Shown here one piece after another: positions 26,126-40,000 of a stretch of DNA of 64,000 bases. The notes under the pieces are model-generated. The model saw only the letters and a program-made list of their open reading frames with translations. It was not told the origin of the DNA and did no database searches. Position 1 is the stretch's first letter. Every line of letters begins with the position of its first letter. The DNA is from Botryllus schlosseri (Eukaryota): NCBI GenBank assembly GCA_051294905.1, contig CM119372.1, forward strand, positions 36,582,001 through 36,646,000, given 5' to 3'. Position numbers and translations under genes: made by a program.

Positions 26126-27276
26126 CAGTGGTTCCCAACCTTTTTCGACTCATCGCCCCCTTTTGAAGCTCCGCACCGATCATCGCCCCCCAAATATTGG
26201 GAACCGAAAAACAGCACTTCGTCAGCCCCCCCCCAAAAGAAACGTTGGTATTTGGCCCCAGACCCCTGACCCCCCTCAGCCAGTGGGCTTTTTGTCGCTA
26301 CATATCAGCTATACCCTATTCCCTGTACTGTTTGGTGAGTCACCGTATTTCGCCAAAACGCGTGAAGCGCGACAAATTTATATAATTCATGTTTGAATCG
26401 GTAAATATGGTGGATGTGGTATGTTGGAAAAGGTAGGGCCCCTAAATAATAATTAAACATCTTCGGGCGGAATCATTGTTATATTTACTTCTTTACATGA
26501 TGCTATTTCATGACCTCCTATATCTGCTATGTCAGAAGATATGCAAACCGTCAAAACGTACCAAACTAAACGACGCACAGGATTTCTTTACTGGCAAGTA
26601 ATTTTTTCCTTGCGGGATGGCATTTGTCCTGTAGCGTTAAGGTCGCCAGGACAGAAACATTCGACGCCAGCCATTGAGGCGCCTATGGACAATTAAACAT
26701 ATATGTATTGTATATATATGGAAGTTTTCGGTCAGCACGAGGGCATTCCTTTTCGGCCAAGGTCTTCTCGCTTCTGATCGTTCTGGCACACTTCTCGGAG
26801 TCGCATGTTACATGGCCTCTAACTTCATACGTCTTGGTGCGTCGCGGCGCAGTAATAACCGACGCCGAAGTCTCCCATTTTAAATCATACGTATTTTTGT
26901 TGGGTGACGGGGCCCCCAACATCAAAATAAATGAAAATATTAAATCGCGCGCAGCGCTAAAAATTTTTGAGAAAGTCGCATGAATTTCTAGAAAATTACT
27001 CTATCATTCATGTTAATTCACCAAATAATTTTGGGCTTCCTTCGATTTCGGGCTCCCCACCCCAATTGGGGGTTTGGGATGCAATAGTTACGGTCCCGAC
27101 TCCAATATAGCCGTTTTAAAGCACCATCACCCCTATCGCTCCCTTCGTTGTTTTCGCCCCCTATCGCCCCCTTCGTCCGTTTTCGCCCCCCTATCGCCCC
27201 CTTCGTCCGTTTTCGCCCCCCCTAAACCGTCAAATCGCCCCCTGGGGGGCGATATCGCCCACGTTGGGAACCACTG
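26126..27276. mobile_element. hAT MITE with tcgccccc repeats
   Basis: TIR cagtggttcccaac / gttgggaaccactg; TSD ccctcagt/ctctaagt. Confidence 0.8.
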
Positions 27277-30200
27277 CTCTAAGTGAAGAAATCCAACTGA
27301 ACATGGATAAACGACGAGAGTACGAGGTAACCCGTCGGTCGTCGCAATAATCAGTACACACTACACAAGAAGTAGCTTTTTGTTTCAAAACAGTTGGTGA
27401 CCCCTGCTCCAGTACATAGCTGGGTTTGAAATGCATACCTCTTCCCCTCAAGAAAAAACATACATAGGCTATATTTTATGGGAACAGGCATTTCGTAGCC
27501 GGTCATTACCGCGCCACGATCCCACAACACACCAAAACGCATATGCAGTTTCGGCCAACACGCAACTCCACGGGATGTGATACCAAAGAAATACCTTGGC
27601 CGAAACTTAGGGTATTCGTCCATTGTCAATAGCCGCGCTGAGTGGGCGGGACTAATAACTCCTGTCCTTCCAATCTGGGCCCACAATGCAAATGTCACCC
27701 GGCGCATCCAAGAAAGAATAAACCCATGACAATTTGTGTGTGCGTCTCACAAAAGATATTCTTTTAGTCTGCTACGTTTGGGCGAGTACAATATCTTGTG
27801 ATTATACAACGGACTGGAGGTCGCGAATTAACAACATACAGTAATTATAACAACATACCAAATGCTATGAATATGAATTACGTGCCACAGCTTTACAGGT
27901 AAATCTGACACTCGGGGCTCAGAGAGGTTATAAATGAATAGTAATATAATGCAATTTCCAATATTATTGACGAAATTCACTTTTGAAAATTGACCAACGG
28001 TTGGACTGGGGAATTGCTGTTTTGGCTGAATTGCTGATTCTAGCTACAACCCACGCTAACATGTCAGGCTATATAAGCGGATGGTTATGGCGGCAGGTCC
28101 AAATGCTAAGTAACGAACTGTGAAATAACGATTGACGCCCGTTTCAAGTAGTTATATGAGAATAAGATATGGTTAACATAAAAATTCTGCCTTCAACTTA
28201 ATACATATACAGCGAGCTGCTGTTACGAGAAACGGCTAAGCACGGCTCGGTTATGATATATATCAGCAGCTGTTCATTTGTAATGCTTCGTTGTGGAAAC
28301 TGCAATGTCTTAATCGACGAGTACAAAATTCCGAATCTTCGTCAGGTGCACGTGCGTACGTAGGCCTCCTGCTCGCCAAGCAGCAATGGTAAACTGCGTT
28401 TAACTAAGCACAACCAAACATTAATACATAAGTTACTATTTGAAACTATAGGCAGAGTGGTGAACAATATCCTGCTGCGAGGTAGCGGCTTGTGTAGTGT
28501 ATTGATAACCTGATATACACCACGGGAGGTGTTCTTACAATCACACTACAATGTCCATCGCATGTCTGTTTACTATGTGTGGATACTTGTTACGCAATGA
28601 CGAGCGGAGCTAATACTTCTGACGTAATAATGAGTCAGTGGCGTTTGAAAACAGACGTTTGTGCTAACGCTAACGTGGTATATTATCTCATTCTTGTTCA
28701 CGAATATTCAGTTTATGTCATAGTCCTTGTACAAACAAAAAGTAATCGTTCTTTCACAAACAAATCGATTAGATTTGGGAAGTAGTCGATTACGATTACG
28801 ATTACTTCGGATTTTTTTCGAATGTAATCGATTGCGATTACGATTACTTCAAAATGCTGTAATCGTCGTAATCGATTACGATTACTAATCGCGATTACCC
28901 CATGTCTGACCACTACTCACTGCCCTAGCTATCTCACCACTTAGAAGTCAAATCTTATGGTGTGTACGTCGCGAGAGTTCCTTTCATTTATGATGTCATA
29001 AAATCTCGACGCAAAAGTATAATTTCAGAATATTATGCAAGACAGACACCAGAGGAAAACGATCGAAGTTCAGTAATGGTTGAAAGTAAGACAAAATAAG
29101 GACGCAAGTCGAAAATAAGGACATTTCTTAGAAATAAGGACAGTCGAGTTTTCTAAGACGTGCCCCTTTAAAATAAGGACAAATCTTAGAAATAAGGACG
29201 GTATGGCAACCCTGGTTGCAGCTCTGGATCATACCGTTATAATAGGGTTACCATACGAATGAATGACGCTAAATAGCAAATACGGACGTTCGAGCGGGTA
29301 ATTCGGGAGTCGATCGAAAGTGCCGACCTTTTATTCTCAACAAATTTTCCAGCAAAAATAACAAACTCCGCTTACATGGTCGACTAACTTTTCCGATCCT
29401 AAAATATGGTAACTCTGCGTTAAACGCTATCACACCACTGGGATTTACAGTCGGATCATCAATGAGAAGCGCAAATACATCTCCGACACATAGAAACTTG
29501 GTCACGGCGACGTTCAAGTCAGCCGTATGGATGTCGTTACTGCCGCATGGGTGCCGTCTTCTTGCAGAATCTACAAAGCTGGAACGAGCTACGTTTCAAT
29601 ATTTTCGATGTACGGCAAACAGTTTCAATAACCACTCAGAAGCATGGCGGCTGGACTCTGCATGAAAAATGAATGATCGAAATGCATTGATATATTTACG
29701 AATATTACCTACTTGATGACATGCTGAGAACATAGCAAATTGATTTGAATCCCAAGTGGTAGTTTCGTATACCTGTTCATAATCGGAAACAAAACCAACT
29801 TAAGGACGTTATTTATTTTTGTTTTCTCGCGCCTTACACTTCACACGGCGTACTCAGTTTATAGTCCAGGCGGTGCTTTGCTAATCCCATTAAATATGGC
29901 ATATCACTGGAATGAAGTCATCAGGGAAGTAGATACTAAGACGTGTCCATACTACTCCATAGAGCAGGCAAGTCAATCGCATATCAAACCATTGAGGCTA
30001 ATGAAATACAGCTACTGCTCATTGTCACATCTATGGCACCAAAAACAAATCGTATTCGCTTGAGTTTCGAAATTCCACCTAGTGAAACGATGGCTCAGTA
30101 ACGATTACGTTATATCAATAATTCATTCCATTCATGTGAAGGTCGTTTATTACAGCGCAATATGGCAAAGAGCACATGAAGTTCCAAAGGTAGGTTGGGG

Positions 30201-30679
30201 TCGTCCTTATTAGTCGGGGAAGGTATAGTTATTATATGTGGAGATGACTCTTGTACATGTTAAGGTCACTCCGAAGCGCATTGATCTTCAAATCTTGATT
30301 CTGAAACGACAAAAAGACAGCATGTATCACAGCAAGCATTTCTGCTAAGTTCAGTCCAACATAATCATCAACAGGGGTAGTTAAGGATACAATTAGCAGA
30401 CGAAAATTGTGCGGTCCACGAAGATATATCAAGTAAGTATCGTGTGCAGCCTGCGAAAGGGCATTTAATTTAGTTGATCTGGTCTGGGATTTCAGGAAAG
30501 CTAAAAAAACTTGAAATCACGAAAGTATAGTTATGCCGATTTTATATATAAATATTTTCGAGGGAGAAAATGTAGGTGATCTGCATTTCCGTAATTCACT
30601 TATGAGTATCCAAGACTGCTGTGGGTAGTCCGATGTAATGGAAATTTGATAAAAAGCTTCGATCTGACGACATTTGTTT

Positions 30680-31500
30680 ACCTAAAAACGGAATATTTTG
30701 ATCTAAAAAAATCACAATTTTGGCATTTCTTTACCTTAAAAAAACTTAATTTTGACAAAATATTGACCTCGCGCAAGTAAATTAGATGTTTTCGCACATA
30801 ATGTTAGAATTGCACTACTCATCTTCGTTTTTGGTGGGAACTGTCTGTCCTTGCATATTAGTTTGGTCTGAAAAACTTTCTTTAAAACTGACAAATTTTT
30901 ACATGAAAAAACTTTAATTCAACAAAATCTGAACCTATGAAGAATTCCAGTAGTTACATCACTCATTATGTAAAAATAATTAAAATTTGTTGTCGGACAA
31001 GAAAAGATACTTTCCTACATTCTCGGGTAGGAAGTGTCTGTCCTTACTAAGTAGCTTGCCAAGAATGGAGAAAGAACGTTCAACAGCAGCAGTTGTTGGC
31101 TGACAACACTGAAGTTGTGCGTACACTACTGGTGACACATTGTGTTGCTTCAATGTTGTTTACATCATCATTTTCCATCTTGCTCTTCTTGATACAACAA
31201 TTGCCCATGCACTCAGTCTTGCTTCAGTTAGGGTACTGCGATACGTTGAGCATAACACCACGTCAACTTATATGTTTCATTTGAACGTTTATGATTCACA
31301 ATGAGCCAACAATGTGCTGTCTACAACGGTACGCCTAGAAATAGGCTGCAAGCTGTAAAATGATAAGCACACCGACAGTGCAAACATCTACTATACAAAC
31401 GAAATGCAGGTTGCAAAATGATTTTGACTTTGTAATTTTTCGACCTAACGCTACAATTTTGACGAAATTTTGACTTTTTTTGACATGTCAAAAAAATTCG
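30680..31500 (-). mobile_element. Second, inverted copy of the hAT dimerisation-domain derivative
   Basis: Minus strand reads QPTTAAVERSFSILGKLLSKDRHFLPENVGK; collinear with 24574-25452; ends approximate. Confidence 0.85.
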
Positions 31501-31945
31501 CCATATTAATAAGATATAGTGGTAAGTTGACTGTACTATAAACCCCGTGTGCGGGCCACGGTTCAATCCCATTATTCACGTCTAATTTGCTTGTTAAAAA
31601 GCCTGCACAGTAACACAACCCTGGTTTATCTGATTCAACAGTTTCTTACGAAACGACATTAAGAGCGTTCAAAAATACGCAATACAGTCAACGTAATAAT
31701 TTGCGTTCGCCCCACATCGAAATTTGAAATCTGAACATTACGACGTCATTTAGGTAGCTATGATCAAAATGAATTCTGCACTTGCTGATATATATTCTAT
31801 ACCCAGTTTTCATAGTGACTACGTCAATGCACGCTGTCGTCATATCTCACCACAATAGTACGCCAAACTAATGTTTTTGCAATTGCTTTTGTGTAGTCGT
31901 ATACTGGGATGGGCAACAAAAGTTTCGGAAAAAATACAAAATAAG

Positions 31946-32851
31946 TTGGGATGGTGGTAAAGGTTCAGGTTCGTGTGAACGTGAACTTTTTTGAAAGGTT
32001 CTGTGTGAACGCGAACGTGAACCTAATGACGTCACGTGACGTCATATTGCTAATTCCAACCGTACATTTCAGTGAAGTGATAGCCTATATTAATGTAGAG
32101 ATTGTACACGATGCCTAACGACGACCCGGACCACATAATGCCACAATGCTGATGTATAGGCCTACTTATTGACGTTTTAATCGTCGTCAAATGTATCAAC
32201 TGGGGCAATCAAGTAATATAATGATACCATGAAATCAATATCTTCCGTCGCTTTGCCAACATATAAGCTTGCGCCTTAACAGTCTAGGCTAGACCAGACA
32301 ATGTATTTGGCGTCCTAGTACTGCTACGTTGATATTGACCAGAATTTGAAACGGGTTTCTATACTTGGTACCGCTATTACCCTATTAACAAGTTATACAG
32401 CAGTAGCCCACACCCCAATCGCACAGATTTCGTTCTTATGATACAATAAACATATGAAGTCAAGATTGACCCCGTACGCCTGCTAGATTTGAAATCAATT
32501 TCATTGATTGGTTGAATAAGCATCATTCGCTGACTACCGACATGTAGTGTATTTTGCTTATGATGTTGTGTGATTGCGGGTTAAGCTCACAGCAGAAAAT
32601 TTTGAGAAAGGCAAGGTGCATGCTCGTTTTGTGTTGATTTTTTTTACCCTGCCAGCGCCATGTATAGAGTGACCCGCAGTTAAAATGCAATAGATTTCAA
32701 CCAAAGATGTTATGATGAAGTGAAAATTGTAATATATGAAAAAGGCTCACAGTGCAGAACCTACCAAGGTTCGTTTGTGAACGTGAACCTCTGAGTTTCT
32801 GAGGTTCACACACAAAACGCGAACGTGAACCTCAAGTTCACACCATCCCTA
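31946..32851. mobile_element. hAT-type MITE (ggttcac family)
   Basis: TIR ttgggatggtg / caccatcccta; perfect TSD aaaataag. Confidence 0.9.
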
Positions 32852-33878
32852 AAAATAAGGCCCGAGGGCAGATGTATCCTAAAGCATTGCAGCACCTTGA
32901 AACTACATCACAGTCGTCGTTGTTATGAGTCATATTGAATGTATGCAGGCTAAATGTTGTAAATCGCTCTAGGAGCAGAAACGTCGCAGAAAAGTAATGC
33001 CTATGGCGGGGTGAATTTAGGGTTGGAATGGGTTAGGTTCATGGCCAGGGTTAGAGCAAAATTTGCGATAATCTTAGGTTAGCTTGGGCTAGTATTGCCG
33101 ATGGGGTTAGGGGTAAGATTAGGGCCAGCTTGGGTTGGATTGAATAACTCGCTATCCTTACACGCTTTGTTTGGACACTCGCTGTCTCGAATGACTCGAC
33201 ATATAAAGTAACATGCTCCTTCATCAAGAGTTGCATGCTCAAATGTCGGGAAGCCATCCAATTCCAGTGCCATATGGCGTATACTTATCAAGGGCGAACT
33301 GTATCCCATGGGCCAATCGATAGCGTATTGTTTTTATAAACTTGAATCACGCCGCATATATGAAAATGATTTTATTCGGACATACGCACCCCCTTCGAAC
33401 AAATTGAAAACCAATTTCACTAGACGCAGACCAATAAACGTTAGCATTTCCTCGCGATGTTATCATTCTCTTTGTGACTAGGTGTGACCCGCGGGCCACA
33501 GGTTTCACATCAATGTTCTTCAAGGTATTAGGTCAGTAACTAATATATAGTGTTTGAATTTAAGTTATTTGGCCGAGCCTTAAGCGAGACCGCCTTGGAT
33601 CACCCGTTTCAATTTGGATTGACCGTTTTTGACAGTGAATGTAACTGTACATCACAAAACTTCGTATTTCAACTGATAACCCACCTCTAGTTGATAAATC
33701 AGATGGCTGATGACTTGTTTGGTGTATCTATCAATCACCATTTTTCCGAAACGCGCGGCCAATAAAAACGATAGGTAGTCTCGTTCGGCGTGTAACGTAC
33801 ATTTCCGAGTGCTGCCAGAAGATAACGACAAGAATCTGTACTTCTTGAGGGATTTGAGTGCTGCGACGGTGTGCGGTT

Positions 33879-34078
33879 TCAGTTCAGTTCAGTGAGCAAA
33901 TATCTAGAGTCCTTACTATTGCGATTCACATTCTCTTTACTTCTCGCGCACAGCGTTAAATTCCCAGTTGAATTCTTCACTTTGACGCTGCTATGAAGGT
34001 GTACTGGCAGGTGTCTATGGCGGTATCTTCTCATGGAGAATCTTATCGGAAGCGTGTTGCCAGAAGGGTTGTATATTC
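33879..34078 (-). CDS. Lyase terminal exon
   Basis: ctccag|GA ATA TAC: (G)IYNPSGNTLPIRFSMRRY...LLTELN-stop; completes YFKIGIY. Confidence 0.9.
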
Positions 34079-37000
34079 CTGGAGATGTAAATGCTAATAC
34101 AGCTGTCGCGAATAAGTTGGGTGGATATCGAGTCCGATTAACATGTTTAAAGTATCAGTTTATGACGGGAAAGATTTACACAATTTAATATTGTACTGGT
34201 TAAAATTATAATTAAAACTAAAATTATAGTTATAAATATTGTCGTTCCATCGTATTATCAAACATATTCGACCTGCAAATTATAGGCCTCTACTCTCGCA
34301 AGTGTGTTTGCTAATTTAGAATATTCAATATTTCCCCATATAAACAGCCTCTTGGGGTTACAAAACTTCGGTAAATAATTAAATAATACGGCGGAAATGC
34401 TAAGATATACTTGTATGTTGAATTTTAGTATGGGCTTTTATAGGTCGCCAGACGTGTCAGACATGTTTACTAATTTTCAAGACTGACAAAAATAGGGTTA
34501 TGCCGATTCTAGTTCACAAGTTCCGAAACTATGTGGAGTGGAAGAGGGGCGAGAACTCTTCGCAGACAAGACGTCACAACACACGACCACAAAAGTGTAC
34601 CTCACTGCGCTTGGGTCGCATCATTCTGTCCATTCGACCAAAAGCAATTTACGACAATATTTGGACTGGCTTGCCGAGCACGAAACTCGATAAAATGTAA
34701 TGAATCAAAAGCTATAGGTACTGATTACGAAAACATAGATTTTACTCTTCTCATAGCCTTGGATAAAAAAAATCAGCCCCGAATTTTTCGTTGCGCCTAA
34801 TATTGACCAGTCTTTTCATGTATATTCTTGTACCGGTTTCTCCAATAAAAATAGCCGCCCCCTGATGTATTTAGGCAAGACTTATTATTGATGTAGCGTA
34901 GTGAGCACAAACACAAATTTACCCAATCCAATGGGAAGTAGACATACGAAGTTCACATCGATCATATACAGCAATTGACCTTAGACTCTGGAAATAGCAT
35001 GATAGCACTATAGGCGTTATTGGCAGATTCGTGTTGGGACGCTGAGTCCCAACCGGTGCGGCATTCCATACTAGTAGGGAATTCAATGCTTTCTCGTGGT
35101 GAACAGACGCACTTGCAAAACAATTACAAACAGTATATACAGATGTGCGAAGGTTACCAGTTCACAGCTCTTGGATGTATGCGTCGCTAATTTATATCGA
35201 GTAATTGTTCGCAAAAACTCATTTTGACATCTGGGAAACAAATTTGGGGCCACAAACACGTTTAGCACGAGGAGCATGCGCAATACCGCTTTTGCAGAAT
35301 TTTGGCGGTATACTATGACACAAGAAGTTTTGTGCTGCAGTTTATGTTTACTTTCTGACGTCCCAGAGATATTGAGTGCACTCAAATGAGCAAATAGCTT
35401 GTCCGCGCTATACCGGATATGACTTTGGTGAGCGTGAAGCTTGATAAAACCAAGTGACTAAAGTTAAAACAAAATACGACCATAGTTATCTCGATATAGG
35501 GTCAACTTTAGGCCAGATAAATTGGTTTTCCTCATTGGTTTTCCCTACATGACTCTTCTCTATCAGTTCCTGTGCGTTTGTACTTGCACCGATATCAAGT
35601 CGCTACTATACAAAATCTTACAAAATTTTATTTGAGGGAGCATATTTGAAGGTTAGATAGAGGGTTTTATGTAGTGGGGAATGAAGACTAGGAAGTATTT
35701 AGAAGTGGGGAAGAAAAAGGTTGGGATAGGGTATAGCTCCGAGGTTCGCAAACTGGTGTACTCATTACCCCAAGCGAACACGAGCTATTTCCAGGGCAAG
35801 TGAGTATATTCTAACAATTTCACAATTTTCTGTTACAGCGACTTTAACGTATACATGACATGTGAGAAAAAGGTTCAAGTTTATACCAAATGCGGAGCTT
35901 TTTAAGACTAAAAAATCTTGCGTTTACATCGCCGTGTACCGTTACTCGCTTCATCTATAACCGTAATAGTGAATTTCTGTTTCTCCAATGCATAGGCGAT
36001 GAGAGTTAATTACTACTAAGCCGACTGTAGGCTCAAATCTTGGATTGCTTATACCATAGGGTTGCCATACGTCTGGAATTTCCCGGACATGTCCGGAATT
36101 TCACTGAAAAATCTGCGTCCGGGAGGAATTTTTAAAATAAGCCTAAATGTCCGGAATTTTGAAGGCTTGGAGTAGGCTAAAAATTTTTCGTAAATAAACA
36201 TAAACAATATTATTTTCTAGCTGATTTATGCTATTCAAAATTCTTCTTCGTGCCGCGCGCGCATTAATGCAACGTATATTGATATAGGTATGGGCACCAG
36301 GCATCACCCTCGCAGAAAATGCAATCGAAATAAATATAAATAACCATCATTTACTGAAATAAGTTTGATTGTAATCGCAACGATAAGCTAACGGTATATT
36401 CCTAGAGCTGATTGGATGCTTCAGTCACCGACAATGGTTCCAAATCTTGGGGTCGTTTGTCTTCATCTGGGATCGCGATGATGTTGGACGTAATCAGCTT
36501 CCTTGGCCGTGAATAAGTTTGGGCAAGCTGATATTTTTAAGTAATCAGCTTCAGCTTATCAAGTTTTTAGCTAAGCCACTTGGAAATGAGGTCGCGACCA
36601 TAAAAGTTGGAAATCACCGGATGTGCAAGCTGCTGGTGCATTTCATACTAGCTTAAAATATGGAAGAATCAATATTATTGAAATAATTAATTCATAGATT
36701 TTAACAGCCAAATGTGCATATAGTAAGTTCCCAAGATGGTGCATCGATTACCGTGTGGTGGGCCCCAACATCGGTGCCTTTTTTGGGTGGAAGGGGGCAA
36801 AATAAAATGTTGTTTCGGCCCAGATTTAAAAAAAAAACAGATAGCCGCACCGAACCAACAGTATAGCAGGGCTGTCAAACACTATTCCGGTAGGCCAGAC
36901 ACGGCCCGCCAGACGATTTCAGCCGGCCCGTGGAGACATTTATTGCAGACCGTAGCAAGTAGCAATCAACAGAGCTCATATTACAGATGGCCCAATTCAT

Positions 37001-40000
37001 GACCCACGGTCCACTCCATTCGTATACAGTTGAGGGGCAATGCTTTGCTAGTGTGACGTCATATTGACAGACAACGTTTTACTGCTCATTTCGAATCCGT
37101 TAGTGGGCGCTAAAGAGTGTCCGGAATTGGCTTCACGAAAATATGGTAACCCTATACCAGAACCAGTAGCATCTGCTTATTACGAAGACTACTTGAATAG
37201 CGCTATTGCAATCTTCTGTACTCTGCCTATGCACAATGATAAGTGGTTATAGTGTATAGTGTAGGGTTACCATATTTTTGTTTCACAAATTCCGGACGCT
37301 CTTTAGCGCCCACTAGCGGATTTCAAAACGAGTTGTGAGCGCATTGTCGATCAATATGACGTCACGCCAGCAAGGCTTTGTCTATCGACTAGAGGTGGTC
37401 GCGATCCGGTTCAGGATTATGTGGTTGTGTATTGTATGTTGTAACCTGGACCGAAGCCACATATTTTCAACCTCATCCCGCTCAAATAAACACTGATCTT
37501 GGGCCCATCGTATAGGGCAGTGGTTCCCAAACTTTTTCGGTGTCAGGGCCAAATTCAGAATTTCAGAGCACGGTCGGGGCCGCACGAATACCAGGGCAAT
37601 TAAACGGACCCAAAATGTCATCAAAATATGAAAATTTGCATTGTTCCGATCAATCACTTGACGCCATTGGCCATTGTGTTGCTGCGCTCCCATTGCTCAG
37701 AGCAGTCGACCTTTGGAGGCTATTTCGGAGTAGTTTTATTGCCCTGGCGAGATTTCAATTGGCATTTTTGGAACCAATGCGAAACTAGCTTTCGATAAAG
37801 ACCGGACCTATCAAATTATGCAGACGCTTGGGTCGTGAGCTATAGGACTACCAATTATGCTGCTTTCGGTGCGATTTAGTGAGTCAGGTTTTATCGCCTG
37901 GACGCCCTAAGCGCGAAAATTTTCTGTAACTCATGATTGAATCGGTCAATATGATCGGAAATTGCATATATATTGCCATCAATTTTTATTCTCTCTCTGC
38001 TCACGTAATCAGTTTTACAGGTAGAGCCGAGGGAAGTGTGTTTGAAAAGGTAGGGCCCCTCAATAATAATTAAATATCTTCCCGCGTATATACCGGTTGG
38101 CAGGAACGAAATCGCACTCCGTCAGCCCCCCAAAAGTAAAATGGTAAACTTGGGTTTTGGCTCCCATAGGGTGATAAACCTATCCCTATCACTTTGTTCG
38201 CTTTTGCCACGAAACTAGTTGTACTGTTAAGTGAGCCAGCGCGATGCGCGAAAATTTACGATAATTCATGATAAAATCGGTCAATATGATCGGGAATTGC
38301 ATATATATTGCTATCAATTTCTTGTCCATCGCTGCTCACGTAATCAGATTTACCGGTAGAGCTGAATGAGGTGTCTTGGAAACTGTAGGGCCCATTACTA
38401 TGATTCCGTAACATGTTATTTCGTGACCTCCTGTCTGCTAGGTCAAAAAATATAAAATCGCCCAAACGTAGGCTTCTAAACTAAGAGACGCACACGATTT
38501 CAAATTAGTATTTCTTCACTGGAATATAATTTTTCCCTGCGGGATGGTATTTGTCTCGTGAGGTTAAGATTGCCAAGACAGTATTTTGTATATATACGAC
38601 GTTTACGGTCAGCATAAGGGCAGTCCTGTTCGGCCAAGGTTTTCTCGCTGGGTGCGTCGTGGCGCGGTTAAGGCTAACGCCGATATGGCCAATGCCCATT
38701 TTTATAAGTCTTGCGCATTTCTTCTTGGGGATGAGTACCCAAAAATCAAGATATTTGGCAGCATGAAATCACGCTTACAGAAAAAAAATTGAAAAAGATG
38801 CATAAATTTGCCAAAAAACACTTTATAATTTATGCTAATTCACGAAACATTTTGAGCCACGTTCGAGCTCGCCCCCCTCTTTCATTGGGGGTTTGGCGTG
38901 CGGCAGTTACAGTCCTGTCTTTACCTATATCTATAGCTACTGCTCGTTCAACTGGACGTAACGATAGCAGTCTATACTCACGACTTTCCTGCAATCTTAA
39001 TTTAAAACTCCAGACTCCAAGTCAAGCTAGTGTATTATATAAATATAAATTTATATTTCTGTCATACCTCGATTTCTTAATATTTTGGGGGGGCCGCAAG
39101 AAGGCTAGCTGGGGGCCGCATGCGGCCCTCAGGGCCGCGCTTGGGAATCACTGGTATAGGGTATTCGATGCAACTTCTGGGGGTTTACTATATGCATCTG
39201 GTCGTTAAATCATTTGAATGAATTGTGTCAATAATATTGTTTCTTCCATATATTACTGTATAATTTTAATCCTCTCTCCGCCCACATAATCAGAGTCAGC
39301 GGTAGAATAGAGCTGGTGGAGGATGATGACTTCGAAAATGCAAGGGGCGTAATTATACATCGTTAAATCATGTTCATGTCACGCCGATAAGATTATTTAT
39401 CAGCCTAATGCGGGTGTGCACTTCACCATTGAGCTATATAAACATCGCACGTCCGGTGGTTTCCAACCTTTTATGGTCGCGAATCCATTTCCAATTTGAA
39501 AATGTGCCGTGGCCCAGCTCAAAATTCGATGAACTGATAACTAATTAAAGGTCGGCATATTTGCCCAGGCTTACCAACAGCCTACTTTGGAAGCTAATTT
39601 CGTTCAACATCTTCGCGAACCCAGGAATAAAGGCAAACTACCCCCAGGTTTAGAACCGCCATCTTTGAATAAAACATCCAGACGACCTAAAACGACGACT
39701 CTATGAATACCGTTATCTTGTAATTGCGATTACAATTAGACTTCTTTTTGCAAATGAATGTTATTTTATATTTATTTTTTGATCGCAGTTTTGCGAGGGC
39801 GGTAGTCCCCATATTAAAACCAATATATATGATACTAAATCGCGCCCAGCGCGAAGAAAAATTTCATGTAGCAAAAATCTACCCAAAAATAATCTTGTTT
39901 AGGTTGATTTACAAAAAAAAAAAGTATGAGCTTACTTCAAGCCTTCAAAATTCCGGACATTTAGGCATATTTTAGAAATTCCTCCCGGACGCAGTTTTAA

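Larger units (their letters stand above)
24455..27406. mobile_element. Buster-like hAT MITE (third nest level)
   Basis: TIR caggggtcaccaac / gttggtgacccctg; TSD degenerate (atctagaa/ctccagta). Confidence 0.65.
23946..28908. mobile_element. hAT-type element with gattac repeats, expanded by nested insertions
   Basis: TIR cagacatggggt / accccatgtctg; perfect TSD accactac. Confidence 0.9.
22045..29214. mobile_element. Outer hAT-type element of a multi-level nest
   Basis: TIR cagggttgccat / atggcaaccctg with aataaggac subterminal repeats; perfect TSD gttgcagc. Confidence 0.85.

Noticed and set aside
30140..30305. Possible orphan minus-strand terminal exon (good acceptor, downstream AATAAA)
   Set aside because: Short peptide with no recognisable motif and no partner exon; the lyase already terminates at 33879.
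33010..33135. ggttag-rich tract as an interstitial telomere
   Set aside because: Only scattered imperfect units, not a tandem TTAGGG array.
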